Source: a virus (taxonomy: Duplodnaviria > Caudoviricetes). From it: DNA of 64,000 nt. The notes beneath the pieces were generated by a model that was not told the DNA's origin, searched no databases, and saw only the letters and a program-made list of their open reading frames with translations. Below are positions 1-10,487 of this stretch, in pieces; position 1 is the stretch's first letter, and every line of letters begins with the position of its first letter. The DNA lies in the IMG/VR virus record IMGVR_UViG_3300028591_000104, positions 1-64,000 of that record; one strand, 5' to 3'. The translations under genes and the position numbers were made by a program.

Positions 1-22
1 GTACGCATACAGTGATAAGGGG

Positions 23-238
23 TTGTCGTATATCATCACGACAGACGGCAAGCGCAACAGAGCATACAAGGTATCAGACACAAGTAACAAAGGACTTGTG
101 TTGATGTCTTGGGCAGTATCAAGGGCAAGAATGAAGTTGCTTGCTGATAAGTTGGTCGATGTTGTCACCAATGGCAACGTTAAGCTCTTACGCGGCACAA
201 AGGGGCCGCAGACAATCAAGGTAGGAAGGGAGGCATAA
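23..238 (+). CDS. hypothetical protein (start uncertain, may begin before the window)
   Basis: ORF on the dominant strand, ends TAA, followed by an RBS-led small ORF. Confidence 0.45.
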   Translation: MSYIITTDGKRNRAYKVSDTSNKGLVLMSWAVSRARMKLLADKLVDVVTNGNVKLLRGTKGPQTIKVGREA

Positions 239-455
239 TACAATGAGTGTAGAATTCTTCAGAGAATACGGAAGGGACATGCTCGAACAGGGCATGTCCT
301 TATCCTACATAGCACACTATTTCGGTAATAATGTATACACATGGTACTATAACGAGTATACGCATAATCTCGAGGTATAAATATATGGGAACATTCATAG
401 CAATTTTGATAATAATAATTGTGGCTGTAGCCAACAGATAAAGGAGGATTTAAAA

Positions 456-791
456 ATGGAATTCAAAATTTGTGATACGATCGACGTTATCGCCTACGAT
501 ATAAGGGCAACATTTGAGCATCCGGACTATAGTTCAAAGCTCGTTTGGGGTACAATGTATTCCGATGATAAAGACAATTTCACGGCAACAGTTAGAACAT
601 TCCGTGAGTTGTGGAACAAGCATAATGCATACGGGCATTATCACGAGCTCGTGTTGGAAGTAATAACATACTTTGAGGTTGAAAACGAAGTTTTAAAACT
701 TACGTGGACTCTCAAAGGAAACGACCTCTTATCAGATGAGGAGCTGTATAATAGCGTAAGTAAAAAAGTGGAGAGCTTCAGGGGGGCATAA
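456..791 (+). CDS. hypothetical protein
   Basis: AAGGAGG RBS, ends TAA inside a GGGGGGC/GCCCCCC hairpin. Confidence 0.75.
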   Translation: MEFKICDTIDVIAYDIRATFEHPDYSSKLVWGTMYSDDKDNFTATVRTFRELWNKHNAYGHYHELVLEVITYFEVENEVLKLTWTLKGNDLLSDEELYNSVSKKVESFRGA

Positions 792-848
792 GCCCCCCAT
801 TTTTCAACTCATATATACTTTAATAATTCCAATAGGGAGGACAAAACA

Positions 849-1109
849 ATGAAAACTATAACAATCAAATCGGTAAATGAAATGTATCAGTGGGCAAAAG
901 GTGATTTGTTCGAGGCATACGACAAGCCCTCGATGCGCAAGATAAGCGCATGGCGTCGCATACAGGATAGAATGACGCATAGCGGCGGCAGAGACTTAGT
1001 AGTACGCAGTAGGAACTGCCACATATACACCGCGATGTGGAGAACAAATGACAGACTGTATATCGAATATCCCAATAGGACGGAAGAATTTGAGATAACG
1101 GGGGCATAG
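849..1109 (+). CDS. hypothetical protein (ends at TAG, apparently a true stop)
   Basis: GGGAGG RBS; the TAG sits in a GGGGGC/GCCCCC hairpin equivalent to the TAA hairpin of the previous gene. Confidence 0.7.
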   Translation: MKTITIKSVNEMYQWAKGDLFEAYDKPSMRKISAWRRIQDRMTHSGGRDLVVRSRNCHIYTAMWRTNDRLYIEYPNRTEEFEITGA

Positions 1110-1334
1110 CGCCCCCGATTTTAAATCTACATTTGCACAAATAATTCCTGGTCAGTTTGTGCAAATGTAGATTTTAAATTTTGTGCACTTGCACAAAGTT
1201 TTCATCTCGGCTTTGTGCAATATGTAGAAAATAAAGTTTGTGCACCTGCACAAATATGCGGCAGCCCGGTTGTGCAATATGCATAAAGGTGGATTGCCCC
1301 AGCGCGCCCGGGCCTCGCGCTGGGCTTTCTAAAA

Positions 1335-1348
1335 CGAACATACGTTCG
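1335..1348. promoter_or_regulatory. Gram-positive LexA (SOS/Cheo) box
   Basis: CGAAC-ATAC-GTTCG matches CGAAC-N4-GTTCG. Confidence 0.65.
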
Positions 1349-1403
1349 GAAAAAATTTACAATTTGTTCACAATTTGTTTACATATGGTTTATTCCCATA
1401 AAC

Positions 1404-1417
1404 CGAACGAATGTTCG
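1404..1417. promoter_or_regulatory. second Gram-positive LexA box
   Basis: CGAAC-GAAT-GTTCG. Confidence 0.65.
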
Positions 1418-1771
1418 TTTTTATCGAGTACCGGCCGATCAGGCCGGAAAATTATACCACAGTGCCGCCACAAAGTCAAGCACTTTTTTTCTACATTTTG
1501 CACAAATTTTCACACTCCCGATTTGTGCATTTTGTAGAATTTTTTCTTTTGTGCAAAATGTAGATTTTTTACTTTTTAATTTGTGCAAATGTAAAAACGA
1601 ACTTTTGTTTTTGTGCAAAATGTAGAAATTCACCCGTGATTTTTGTAATTATTTGGTGAAAATGTAGAAAAATTTGGGTATTGACAAACTCCGCCCCAAC
1701 CCTTATAATAGAGGCATGAGTTGAGGGGACGCCCGAAGCTCAAGAGATTACTTTTAGAGGAGGATTTAGAA

Positions 1772-2047
1772 ATGACAAGGACAGAATTTAAGGTATCAGT
1801 AGACAGAGCAAATAAGATTATTAACGCCATAGTCGAAGAAGGTGCTCACTTCTGCGTTAGTCATAGCAAATCTGGTGATTTGATTTTTGAATATAACAGC
1901 GGTGATATTGCTGTTACTTTGACAATTGACGCATACGGCGACCGCACCGTGGATTATTGGGACTATCGCACAAGCGGCGATATTTGGCGCACAATCAAAG
2001 TTAGCACGCGTTACAACTACGCATACTATATCAAAAGAGTTTTCTAA
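1772..2047 (+). CDS. hypothetical protein
   Basis: TTGACA-N17-TATAAT at 1681, GAGGAGG RBS; start moved to ATG 1772. Confidence 0.75.
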   Translation: MTRTEFKVSVDRANKIINAIVEEGAHFCVSHSKSGDLIFEYNSGDIAVTLTIDAYGDRTVDYWDYRTSGDIWRTIKVSTRYNYAYYIKRVF

Positions 2048-2113
2048 TCAAATAGTGCTGGGCGCCACTTAAAACCGCCTAAATATATCAAATTTTTTTG
2101 GAGGATTTTTAAG

Positions 2114-2410
2114 ATGTCTAAGTATTCAATTTATGGTTTCGAGGGTCTCAAGAACACAAAGGGCGCTAAGAATGAGTGGACATTCAAGGCAAGTGCTGAC
2201 ACGATAGAGGAAGCGGCTTGTATTGGTGAGAATATTGCCAATAAGTTGGGCGGCATCGCCACCAATAAGCGCCTAATAGCTTCAACGCTCAAGGAATATG
2301 GCGAATACCGCCACTTTCGCGGATATATCCGTAAGGCTTGGGGGCGCGACGGATTATTAATACTCCCCGCCGATAAGGCTTCCGAGGCCCTCGCGGCCTT
2401 GGGAGTCTGA
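2114..2410 (+). CDS. hypothetical protein
   Basis: GGAGG RBS, phage-like codon usage. Confidence 0.75.
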   Translation: MSKYSIYGFEGLKNTKGAKNEWTFKASADTIEEAACIGENIANKLGGIATNKRLIASTLKEYGEYRHFRGYIRKAWGRDGLLILPADKASEALAALGV

Positions 2411-2681
2411 GGACTTCCCCTCTTAAAATTCTACATATTGCACAAATTTTAAGTCAAAAATTTGTGCAATATGCCCATTGACTTTCGGCCCGCCCGCTGC
2501 CGGCCGCTACAAGGTCGCAGCGGGCGGTAAATTATACCACCTGACCGCCCAAAAGTCAAGAAGAATTTTATATACAAATTGCACAAAACTTTCTATCCCG
2601 AATTTGTGCAATTGCACAATTTACTTTTGCACCCGTAGGCGTTATACTATAGTTACAAAGATGAGAGAGGGGGACGGTACA

Positions 2682-3008
2682 ATGATTACTGCCACAACAA
2701 AGTTTACATTTAAGGATTTACTCGCGCTCGGAAATAATGACGGTGCTACGCTCCGCCACGGTAAGGCTATATCATATAAGTCCGGTTATCAGGTTGCAAC
2801 CGACGGCGTTGCATATGATAATGCACTCGCGGCTTTTGGTGCGATATGCCGTTTTGAAGGAAATTGCGGAATATGGCTTGAGAATGGTTTGTATTATATA
2901 GACAATTCTCACCGCGTCTCTACAAAACGTGAAGCCCTCGAAGTAGGACGCGCCTGCAATCAAATATCAGTCCTCAAGTGGTCTGATATGAGCCTGGTAT
3001 ATTGCTAA
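2682..3008 (+). CDS. hypothetical protein
   Basis: GAGGGGG RBS before ATG 2682; the longer ORF start runs through a repeat module. Confidence 0.7.
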   Translation: MITATTKFTFKDLLALGNNDGATLRHGKAISYKSGYQVATDGVAYDNALAAFGAICRFEGNCGIWLENGLYYIDNSHRVSTKREALEVGRACNQISVLKWSDMSLVYC

Positions 3009-3049
3009 TAGGGGTTGACAAACCTCAACCCTTATGATACAATATAGAT

Positions 3050-3345
3050 AACTTCTTAAGGGAAGTTGAGTTGAGTTTAGGAAAGGCGGTTACGCAAAAT
3101 GACAGAACCTTTTTAGAAAGACCCCGTGACACAACACGGCAATCAAAGGGATAGGGAAGTCGCGCTCCCTATCCAGAAGATAGCGGATAGTAGAAAGTTG
3201 AAAAGAGCGGGCGGGCGCTTACGCGTTGTCCTATACCTCCTCCAAAGTTCCTTGTTGTTACGCCCTCTCCTTTGAATTTTCTAATACCTCCTCCAAAATT
3301 AGTAAAACCGCCCTCTTTTTGTGTAGTCAGGGGCGGTTTTACTTT
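3050..3345 (+). ncRNA. candidate sRNA carrying repeated anti-Shine-Dalgarno motifs
   Basis: Promoter TTGACA(3015)-N17-TACAAT; no credible + ORF; TACCTCCTCCAAA at 3234 and 3285; hairpin terminator 3301-3343. Confidence 0.45.
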
Positions 3346-3715
3346 TGAGCCTCGCGCCGCCGGCCCTGGCGCGAGGCTTTTAGATTTAAGCACACCCTGG
3401 ACAATTTGTCAAGCAAAAAATTTCTACATTTTGCACAAATTTTGATCCCGAAATTTGTGCTTGACACCCACCGCTCCATGTGCTATAATCTTTACTGTTG
3501 GAGGTGAGAATTATGACATTTTTAGTTTACAATCATTTTACAGGTTTTATTTTTCTTACTGTAAATAAAGGTAGTAAAGAAGAAAATTACCGCTATGTAA
3601 ATTACTTTTACGGTTCGCATTTTATAAAAGTTCCAGACTTTTTTTCAAAATTCGCTTGACACCGCGCCCTACAAGTGGTATAATCTAAGTATCAAAGGTA
3701 AAGGAGATCCACATT

Positions 3716-4027
3716 ATGTTAACTACAAACCACCTTTCAGTTGACCGCATCGACCGCGTTCACGCAATCAAAGAGTTAATCGGATACGGCAAGCCCGTAA
3801 GAGGATTTAAGGTAGACCGCCATCATAGGAATGGCATGGAATACCACCTCGTAACTTCTACCGCCCTCATAATGATTTTTAACTTTAATTCCAAAAAGTT
3901 AATTACAGTTCTCGTGGCGCGCCCTAATCAGGTAAAGAGATATTATGAGGCGGCTGGTGAAACCGCTCCGCAGGAACTTTTAGATTTAGCATATGAGCAC
4001 TACAAGCTCGGATATAACAATTTATAA
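3716..4027 (+). CDS. hypothetical protein
   Basis: TTGACA/TATAAT promoter and AAGGAG RBS. Confidence 0.75.
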   Translation: MLTTNHLSVDRIDRVHAIKELIGYGKPVRGFKVDRHHRNGMEYHLVTSTALIMIFNFNSKKLITVLVARPNQVKRYYEAAGETAPQELLDLAYEHYKLGYNNL

Positions 4028-4334
4028 GGGGGTATCTGAAATGGCACATAAGAAAGTAAACGCGCACCGCGGACCGACCTGGCAGGGTTTATACACCCGC
4101 CGCACTAAAACCCTTGCGGAAAAGCGCGAGCAGGCAGACCGCAAGGCGAAGCAGAGGGGGTGGGACTGATAGGCTCGCCCTCGCGCGGCCGGGCGTCGCG
4201 CGAGGCATTTGCGTTGTAGCACAGATCCAGGATTTTGTCAAGCATTTTTTGAAATAAAACTACACAATAAAATCTCCCGTAATTTGTGCATTATGTCAGT
4301 GGTATTTAGAACCCGTAGGTGGTATACTTAAATC

Positions 4335-4760
4335 ATCAAAGGAAGGGCAGTGAGCCCACAGGGGTGCAGTAAGGAGCCTCGTTGTGAAAAGTCCTACCGC
4401 CGACACTGATAAGGCGTTATAATAGCAGAAACCCTTGGGACAGGGAAAAAACCCTTTGGTTTAGCGGTAATGGAACCCTACAAAAACCGCAGGTATGGTG
4501 CACCAGACCCCACCCGGCAGGACAAGCCGTTAAAGCAGTAACCTGCCTCTTACCGTTGTCTCGGTGGCACGGGAGAGGGACTAAATAACCGAGTAGGTCA
4601 AGCGCAAAGGTCGCCAAAGGGCAAAGCGACAGACCGAAACAGAGCCTCCTACAGACGAGATGGGAACCGTCCCTTACCCCTGTTGCCTCGCAGGCGGTGA
4701 GCAGTTATGGAGAGGTCAGCGCTGAACCCCTTACTGCGACGGCAGTAGGGGGTTTTTATT
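4335..4760 (+). ncRNA. candidate structured ncRNA (~420 nt)
   Basis: Extended -10 at 4320-4328; GC-rich with no RBS-led ORF; 4358-4374 pairs with 4672-4683; terminator 4726-4760. Confidence 0.5.
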
Positions 4761-5002
4761 TGAGCGGCGCGCTTTTGGACGAACCGCGCCGCAATATTGT
4801 ACCACATTCCTGTAGGAAAGTCAACCCCAAAAAATTCTACATTTTGCACAAATTTACCAATCCCAAAAGGCGAAAGTTTGTGCAGGTGCACAAAGACTCT
4901 GTAATGAAATGTTACAAACAGATTACAAAACGCAAAAAACTATTGCAATCACCTATAAATGTGCTATAATGTAATTACAAACAACAGAGGGGGACTTGAA
5001 AA

Positions 5003-5266
5003 ATGACTATCAATGAATTAGCAATCAACGCAACAAAGGCTATTAAGGCTATGCCCGAACTTTGCTATAGACACACTGTTCACATTTATGCGGATAGCCG
5101 TGATACTACAAAGGCACCTATGTGCATATATGCGGCAACGCCTGATGATATAGCAAGCCGTATAGAATACTTAGGCTTTAACAATGCCCTTGATTATGAG
5201 TATTCTATCTGTGAAGGTATGGGTGAATATATCCTCACCATAAAAAAAGGTGTTGACAAGGCATAA
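5003..5266 (+). CDS. hypothetical protein
   Basis: Promoter and GAGGGGG RBS. Confidence 0.7.
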   Translation: MTINELAINATKAIKAMPELCYRHTVHIYADSRDTTKAPMCIYAATPDDIASRIEYLGFNNALDYEYSICEGMGEYILTIKKGVDKA

Positions 5267-5314
5267 AAAGTATACTATAATGTAATTACAAATATAAGAG
5301 AGAGGTAAAGAACT

Positions 5315-5593
5315 ATGACACACGATACATTTCTTGAATTGTATAAGGCTACCGAGAAGAACGCTACCGATTTTATCGGACACATTGTAAACGGTCACAA
5401 CTATATGGTAAATTACTGCGGCGGCGGTATCTACACCCGCCATATGTGGGATAGTGATACGGGCGAAGTCTACAAGTATCAGATTATCACTCATATCGCT
5501 CCCGATAAATTGCTTATCAACGAATGGTGCGCCCTTGATGGTGACAAGGTGTATGTATGGTACGCCGACGACACAAAACTGATAGAGGAATGA
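5315..5593 (+). CDS. hypothetical protein
   Basis: Promoter and GAGGT RBS. Confidence 0.7.
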   Translation: MTHDTFLELYKATEKNATDFIGHIVNGHNYMVNYCGGGIYTRHMWDSDTGEVYKYQIITHIAPDKLLINEWCALDGDKVYVWYADDTKLIEE

Positions 5594-5745
5594 GGTGATA
5601 ATATGACAATGAAGTTTAAGAAAAGAACAATCACAATATGGTATGATTTGGAAAATGACAAGTATATCTCCGATTATGAGTACAACATCAAGCACCGTGG
5701 CAAGTTCTCAGCTATGAGATTTATACCAATAGTAAAGGAAGTGGG

Positions 5746-6180
5746 GTGAATATGATAATATGCGGTTATCAAGGGGTTGGTAAAAGCACATACTGCCGTA
5801 ACAACCCCGATACAACTATAGATTTAGATTCAAGCAACTTCAAAAAAATTAACGGTTGGGAAGATAACTATATCGACACAGCCCTCAACTACAAGGATAA
5901 AAAGGTTTTTATATCAGCTCACATCAATGTTATAAAAGCCTTGCGCAAGCGCAATATCCCTTTTACGATACTTGCGCCCATTATGACAAAAGAAGCCTGG
6001 CGGGCAAGACTTGAATTTAGGTATTTCAAAAACCCTACAATTCCAAATATGAAAGCCATTTATGACTTTTTACAGAATTTTGAGACTGATATGAGTTTTT
6101 ATCGCAAGTGCGAAAAAGAGGGAATACCTGTAAAATGGGTCACGGCTACAGTTGTAACCGACATCGGTAATCTAATTTAG
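5746..6180 (+). CDS. P-loop nucleotide-kinase-like protein
   Basis: N-terminal Walker A GYQGVGKS, then IDLDS; ends at TAG. Confidence 0.7.
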   Translation: MNMIICGYQGVGKSTYCRNNPDTTIDLDSSNFKKINGWEDNYIDTALNYKDKKVFISAHINVIKALRKRNIPFTILAPIMTKEAWRARLEFRYFKNPTIPNMKAIYDFLQNFETDMSFYRKCEKEGIPVKWVTATVVTDIGNLI

Positions 6181-6636
6181 AAATTTCTACACCTTGCACA
6201 AAAGCAAGGTGTATTTTTTTTACAAATTGTCTATTGACAAATGAGCCGCGCGCTGCCGGCCGCTTCATCATCGCAGCGCGCGGAATATTATACACCCCAG
6301 CCAGCCGAAAGTCAAGCACTTTTTTCTCGACATTTTGCACAAATTTCACCTTCCCAAAACCAGGAATTTTGTGTTGACAGCACAAAGAATGTGTGCTATA
6401 CTATAGATGTAAATAAGAAAGGGGGTAACACTTATGGCTACTACTGTACTGATACTCTACTACGACATGGAGAATGGAGTCTACTACTCCAAAGAAGAAT
6501 TCGAACGTTTGTTCGTCGGCACTCTTACTGATATGGAAATCGCTATGAGATTTATGCCTTTTGCAAGAAAAATGCTTGACACACCAATAGAGAAGTGATA
6601 TAATAAAGGTACAATAAAGAAAGGATGGTACACAAT

Positions 6637-6825
6637 ATGGAATGGTACTTCATTTTTGATTCAAACGACGGTGGTTTTGCGGTAATCGACACCGATAAGG
6701 AACGCGCCCTTGCTTTGGCACAGGACATATCTGAGTTTGACGGTAGTTGTAAACTCGTAGACGAATTCCCTGCTGACAATATGGGTGATGATAAGGTAGA
6801 CGCATACGGCTACGATGTATATTGA
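6637..6825 (+). CDS. small acidic hypothetical protein
   Basis: Promoter at 6576, purine-rich RBS. Confidence 0.6.
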   Translation: MEWYFIFDSNDGGFAVIDTDKERALALAQDISEFDGSCKLVDEFPADNMGDDKVDAYGYDVY

Positions 6826-6831
6826 AAGGAA

Positions 6832-7038
6832 GTGATAAATATGGAAGATAGAGCAACAAAGTTGTTAGAAAAGTGGACTGAAACATATGCTAATTTGCTT
6901 ATAGCAGGTATGCCAGAAGAAGATATAGTAGCAGGGCTTGTACTTACATTAAGGTATATCGCTAGCAGAAACCCCGAACTCTTTGAGGAATTGGCTACCA
7001 TAGCAAAGTTTGAAAATCTGTTAAATGAAATAGTATAA
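6832..7038 (+). CDS. hypothetical protein
   Basis: AAGGAAGTG RBS, coupled to the previous gene. Confidence 0.6.
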   Translation: MINMEDRATKLLEKWTETYANLLIAGMPEEDIVAGLVLTLRYIASRNPELFEELATIAKFENLLNEIV

Positions 7039-7158
7039 AGCCGCGGCAGGGCGGTCTATCCCCCGACAATGACCGCCCGCCCGCAAAATTAATACTTGAC
7101 AATCTAAAAAACTTATGCTATAATAAATATGTAAGGTAAAGAAAGGAAATACACCGCT

Positions 7159-7368
7159 ATGAATGATGAAACAAAAAAGGAATTACTCGAAGAACTCAAA
7201 AAAGAAATTGTTAAAAATATTAATCTTTATGCTGGCGATATGGTTGTGAGTGTTTTGGAACAAAACTATGAAATAGATGACGATAATTGGGAAGAATATG
7301 GAGATATTACATATGATATGCTCATTAACTTAAAAGATAAGATAGAAGAATTTATAAACCAAATATAA
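7159..7368 (+). CDS. small acidic hypothetical protein
   Basis: Promoter TTGACA/TATAAT and AAGGA RBS. Confidence 0.65.
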   Translation: MNDETKKELLEELKKEIVKNINLYAGDMVVSVLEQNYEIDDDNWEEYGDITYDMLINLKDKIEEFINQI

Positions 7369-7580
7369 TGTACCTCCTCTTTACCGAACCGACCTGGGAA
7401 TACCTCCGCCCAGGCCGGGTCGGCCGAAATATTATACCACACCAACTCCCAAAAGTCAAGTAGCAAATTGCACAAAAATTAAACAAAATCTTCATGCCCG
7501 ATTTGTGCATTTTGTCAATGGTAATTCCTCTCTTTTGGGGTTATACTATACTTGTAAATGAAAGAAAGGAAACAACGAGA

Positions 7581-7844
7581 ATGACAACAAAAGAAATGAT
7601 AAAAGAATACTCCCCTAAAGTTTTAGATTATGTTAATAATCTTGACGAATGGAAAACTGTAGGAGAGATTGCCTCTTGTTTTAACCTTAACATAATGGAA
7701 ATGTCAATGGTATTATCTAATCTAAATAATCAAAATTACATTCAGAAAAGAACCAACCCTCAAGGGGTTACAGTTTATGGTAATTTTCGCCTATCTGTCC
7801 CCACAAAATCAAAATCTTTTCTTGACAAATTGTTCAAAAGATGA
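7581..7844 (+). CDS. putative winged-helix DNA-binding protein
   Basis: VLDYV...TVGEIASCFNLNIMEMSMVLSNL pattern; RBS before ATG 7581. Confidence 0.55.
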   Translation: MTTKEMIKEYSPKVLDYVNNLDEWKTVGEIASCFNLNIMEMSMVLSNLNNQNYIQKRTNPQGVTVYGNFRLSVPTKSKSFLDKLFKR

Positions 7845-8198
7845 TATAATAAAAAAGGAAATGAGGAAAGGAAGTGCAGATTATGGATAACAAAACTATA
7901 ATTGAAGAACTTAATAAAAGATTTTTTGATGAGGCTGATTTTATCTATATTGATGAGTATGGAAGGGAAGGTTATACTCTCGGACTTACCCTTCATCAAA
8001 TCGAAGAAATAGTTAAAGATTTTTTTGAAAAAAACACTTGACAGACTAAAATCTCTATGGTATAATAAAAAAGGAAATGAGGAAAGACACCTCGACACCT
8101 TACAAAAAAAGTTAAAAAAACTACTTGACAAACTTGATAGCAAATGCTATAATATAAATAAAGGGTCGCAACCAATAGCGAGAAAGGAAGTGGCGAAT

Positions 8199-8549
8199 AT
8201 GGCTACAAAGATTACAAACAGAGAGAGATTTACAAAGATTGCTGAGGTTATCCCTGAGTATGCAGAGTGGGCAAATGCTCAGATTGCGGCTATGGATAAG
8301 CGCAACGAGAAGCGCAAGGGCGCTGAGAAGAAGCCTACAAAGGCTCAGTTGGAGTCCATCGCTCTCGAGCCTACGGTACTTGCGGCTGTCCCTGCTGAGG
8401 GCGTACAGGCTAAGGTTATCGCTGAGGCTGTCGGTATCTCCGTGCAGAAGGCTACGCCTATCCTCGGTAGACTTGTCGAGGCTGGCAAGGTCGCAAAGGT
8501 TAAGGGCAAGGGTGGAGTTATGCTCTACGCTCTCCCCGCTGAGGCGTAA
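8199..8549 (+). CDS. basic winged-helix protein, paralog 1 of 3
   Basis: TKIT-x-R...EKRK..KKPTKAQ...HTH, shared with 15973 and 26226; tandem promoters; high-expression codons. Confidence 0.75.
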   Translation: MATKITNRERFTKIAEVIPEYAEWANAQIAAMDKRNEKRKGAEKKPTKAQLESIALEPTVLAAVPAEGVQAKVIAEAVGISVQKATPILGRLVEAGKVAKVKGKGGVMLYALPAEA

Positions 8550-8633
8550 GAATTGAGGGGGGTAGCACCCCCTACCCCCCAAAATTCTTAAAAAATATAC
8601 TTGACAAACTAAAAAATAAATATTATAATTAAC

Positions 8634-8790
8634 TTGTGGATAAAGGTCAGGGTGGGAACCCCATAAAGAATTCCTTGAGCGTTCACAAGGACGAAAGGGT
8701 CAAGGGTGACTATACGATGAGCCAAAGGTTCGCCGTGGAAGTTAGCACCTCCCGAGTAGGGCGACCGGTGCCGGCTACCTTTATTCACAA
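8634..8790 (+). ncRNA. candidate sRNA closed by a 14-bp terminal stem
   Basis: Promoter at 8601; TTGTGGATAAAGGT pairs with ACCTTTATTCACAA. Confidence 0.5.
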
Positions 8791-8844
8791 ATTAATTATA
8801 ATATTTTACTTGACAACTTAAAAAATAAATGTTATAATTAACTT

Positions 8845-8996
8845 GTTAGAAAGGTTAAGAAAAGACAGAACAAAAAGTTCCTTGAGCTATTGGAGTAGCT
8901 ACCAACAACTCGGGCGAGGGGTAAACTTACCGCAGGTACTGTCTAAGCCATGGTTCTCGTAAGCGTTCCACCCCCTCTTTTCTTAACTTTTCTAAC
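8845..8996 (+). ncRNA. candidate sRNA closed by a 21-bp terminal stem
   Basis: Near-identical promoter at 8810; GTTAGAAAGGTTAAGAAAAGA pairs with TCTTTTCTTAACTTTTCTAAC; shares TTCCTTGAGC with the previous RNA. Confidence 0.5.
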
Positions 8997-9508
8997 TGTA
9001 CCTCCTCTTTTAGGGTTCATCGGGGTCTCCCTTCAAAAGCCCCGTACAATGCGGTTAAAAAATAAAAAAAGGCAAGAGTCCCTCCTTTTCCTGCCCTTTC
9101 TGGAGTTTTTGGGAAAATGTGCGCAGTTTTCCTGGAATCGGAAATTTCCCCTCTCGGGTCGCTCCCGAGGGGGATTTTTTTTATGCAATTTTTTTTGAAT
9201 TAGGAGTTGACAAATCTACGGCGGTGTGGTATAATCGCCGCGCGCCAAGGAACCTATGGCGCGGTTTATTGTATCACAGTTCCTCTGGGTTGTCAAGCAC
9301 TTTTTTGTAGATTTTTTGCACAAAACCAGGCTTCCCATTTTGTGCAACTTGTCAATGGTATTTTCCGCTCCTATCCTGTATACTTACTTATGTAAGAGGC
9401 CAGGAAAAACCGCTCAACACAAAGAAAAAAAAGTTGAAAAAACCTCTTGACAACCTACAGAAGCTATGCTATAATAAAGGTACTTAAAGAGAAAGGAAAA
9501 GAAAAACA

Positions 9509-10462
9509 ATGAAGATTAACGACAATGCAACAATTAAGAAGGCACAGGACGGAAAGATTTATTTTGCCGACGACACAACGAGAACGTCTGTTGTTGTTGA
9601 GCCTACAAGCCCTATTTATGATGATTGGCTTAACATTTATAATAAGTTTCGTTTAGCCGCAACATATGACCGCCCTGAAGTATATGCCAATATAGTTCTC
9701 CCTTCTGCTGAGACTTCTACTACTGATGAAGTTGAAGCCGTTGAAGAAACACCCGAAGTAAGAGTTATGCGTGGCTTGAAGAATATTATCAAGTTCTTTA
9801 GCGAATTTGAGTTTGAGCCTAATTACCGCTTTATCAACACGCTCGGTTTTAAGGTAGCAAAGGGCAAGGCTGCCGCAAGGGACTATATCGTCAATTACTT
9901 TTCACTTATGGATAATCAGTATAAGAATGAGATAAAGGCTAAAATTAAGTCGCAGGAATTTGATAATATCCTCAGTGATTTATCCGCTTCCCCTAAGCCT
10001 GAAAAGGTTATCAATAAGAGGTTTAAGGTATATTATGGCTCGGCGGGAACAGGTAAGACCACGTTGGCGCAGTCAGAAGCTGATAACCGTTGTATAGTAT
10101 GCAACGCCTCAATGCTTCCTGCCGACCTTATGGAAGATTTCTGCTTTGAAGATGGTAAGCCGTCATTTAAGCCTTCCGTATTGTGGGACTGTATGACAGA
10201 GGGTAAGCCGATTGTCCTTGACGAAATTAACCTTTTGCCTTTTGATAGCTTGCGCTTTTTGCAGGGTGTTCTCGACGGCAAGTCAGAGTTTGACTATAAG
10301 GGACGTAAGGTAGTAATTGCAGACGGTTTTCAGATTATCGGTACTATGAATCTCGCAATAGGTGGTATGGTATATGGACTGCCTGAGCCTCTTGTAGACA
10401 GATGTGCTGATATGAAGGAATTTAAGTTGACCGCTAATATGCTCAAGTCAGCTTTGGCTTAA
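9509..10462 (+). CDS. MoxR/CobS-like AAA+ ATPase (AAA_5)
   Basis: Walker A GSAGTGKT, Walker B IVLDEIN, IGTMN sensor, LVDR arginine finger. Confidence 0.85.
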   Translation: MKINDNATIKKAQDGKIYFADDTTRTSVVVEPTSPIYDDWLNIYNKFRLAATYDRPEVYANIVLPSAETSTTDEVEAVEETPEVRVMRGLKNIIKFFSEFEFEPNYRFINTLGFKVAKGKAAARDYIVNYFSLMDNQYKNEIKAKIKSQEFDNILSDLSASPKPEKVINKRFKVYYGSAGTGKTTLAQSEADNRCIVCNASMLPADLMEDFCFEDGKPSFKPSVLWDCMTEGKPIVLDEINLLPFDSLRFLQGVLDGKSEFDYKGRKVVIADGFQIIGTMNLAIGGMVYGLPEPLVDRCADMKEFKLTANMLKSALA

Positions 10463-10487
10463 TAAAAAGAAATGAGGTAAGTAGAAA

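Larger units (their letters stand above)
1130..1640. repeat. largest copy of the early-region intergenic module (TTTGTGCA/TGCACAAA array, GC-rich palindromes, minus-strand promoter)
   Basis: More than 10 TTTGTGCA/TGCACAAA copies; ATTATACCAC...AAGTCAAG reads TTGACT-N17-TATAAT on the minus strand. Confidence 0.8.
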
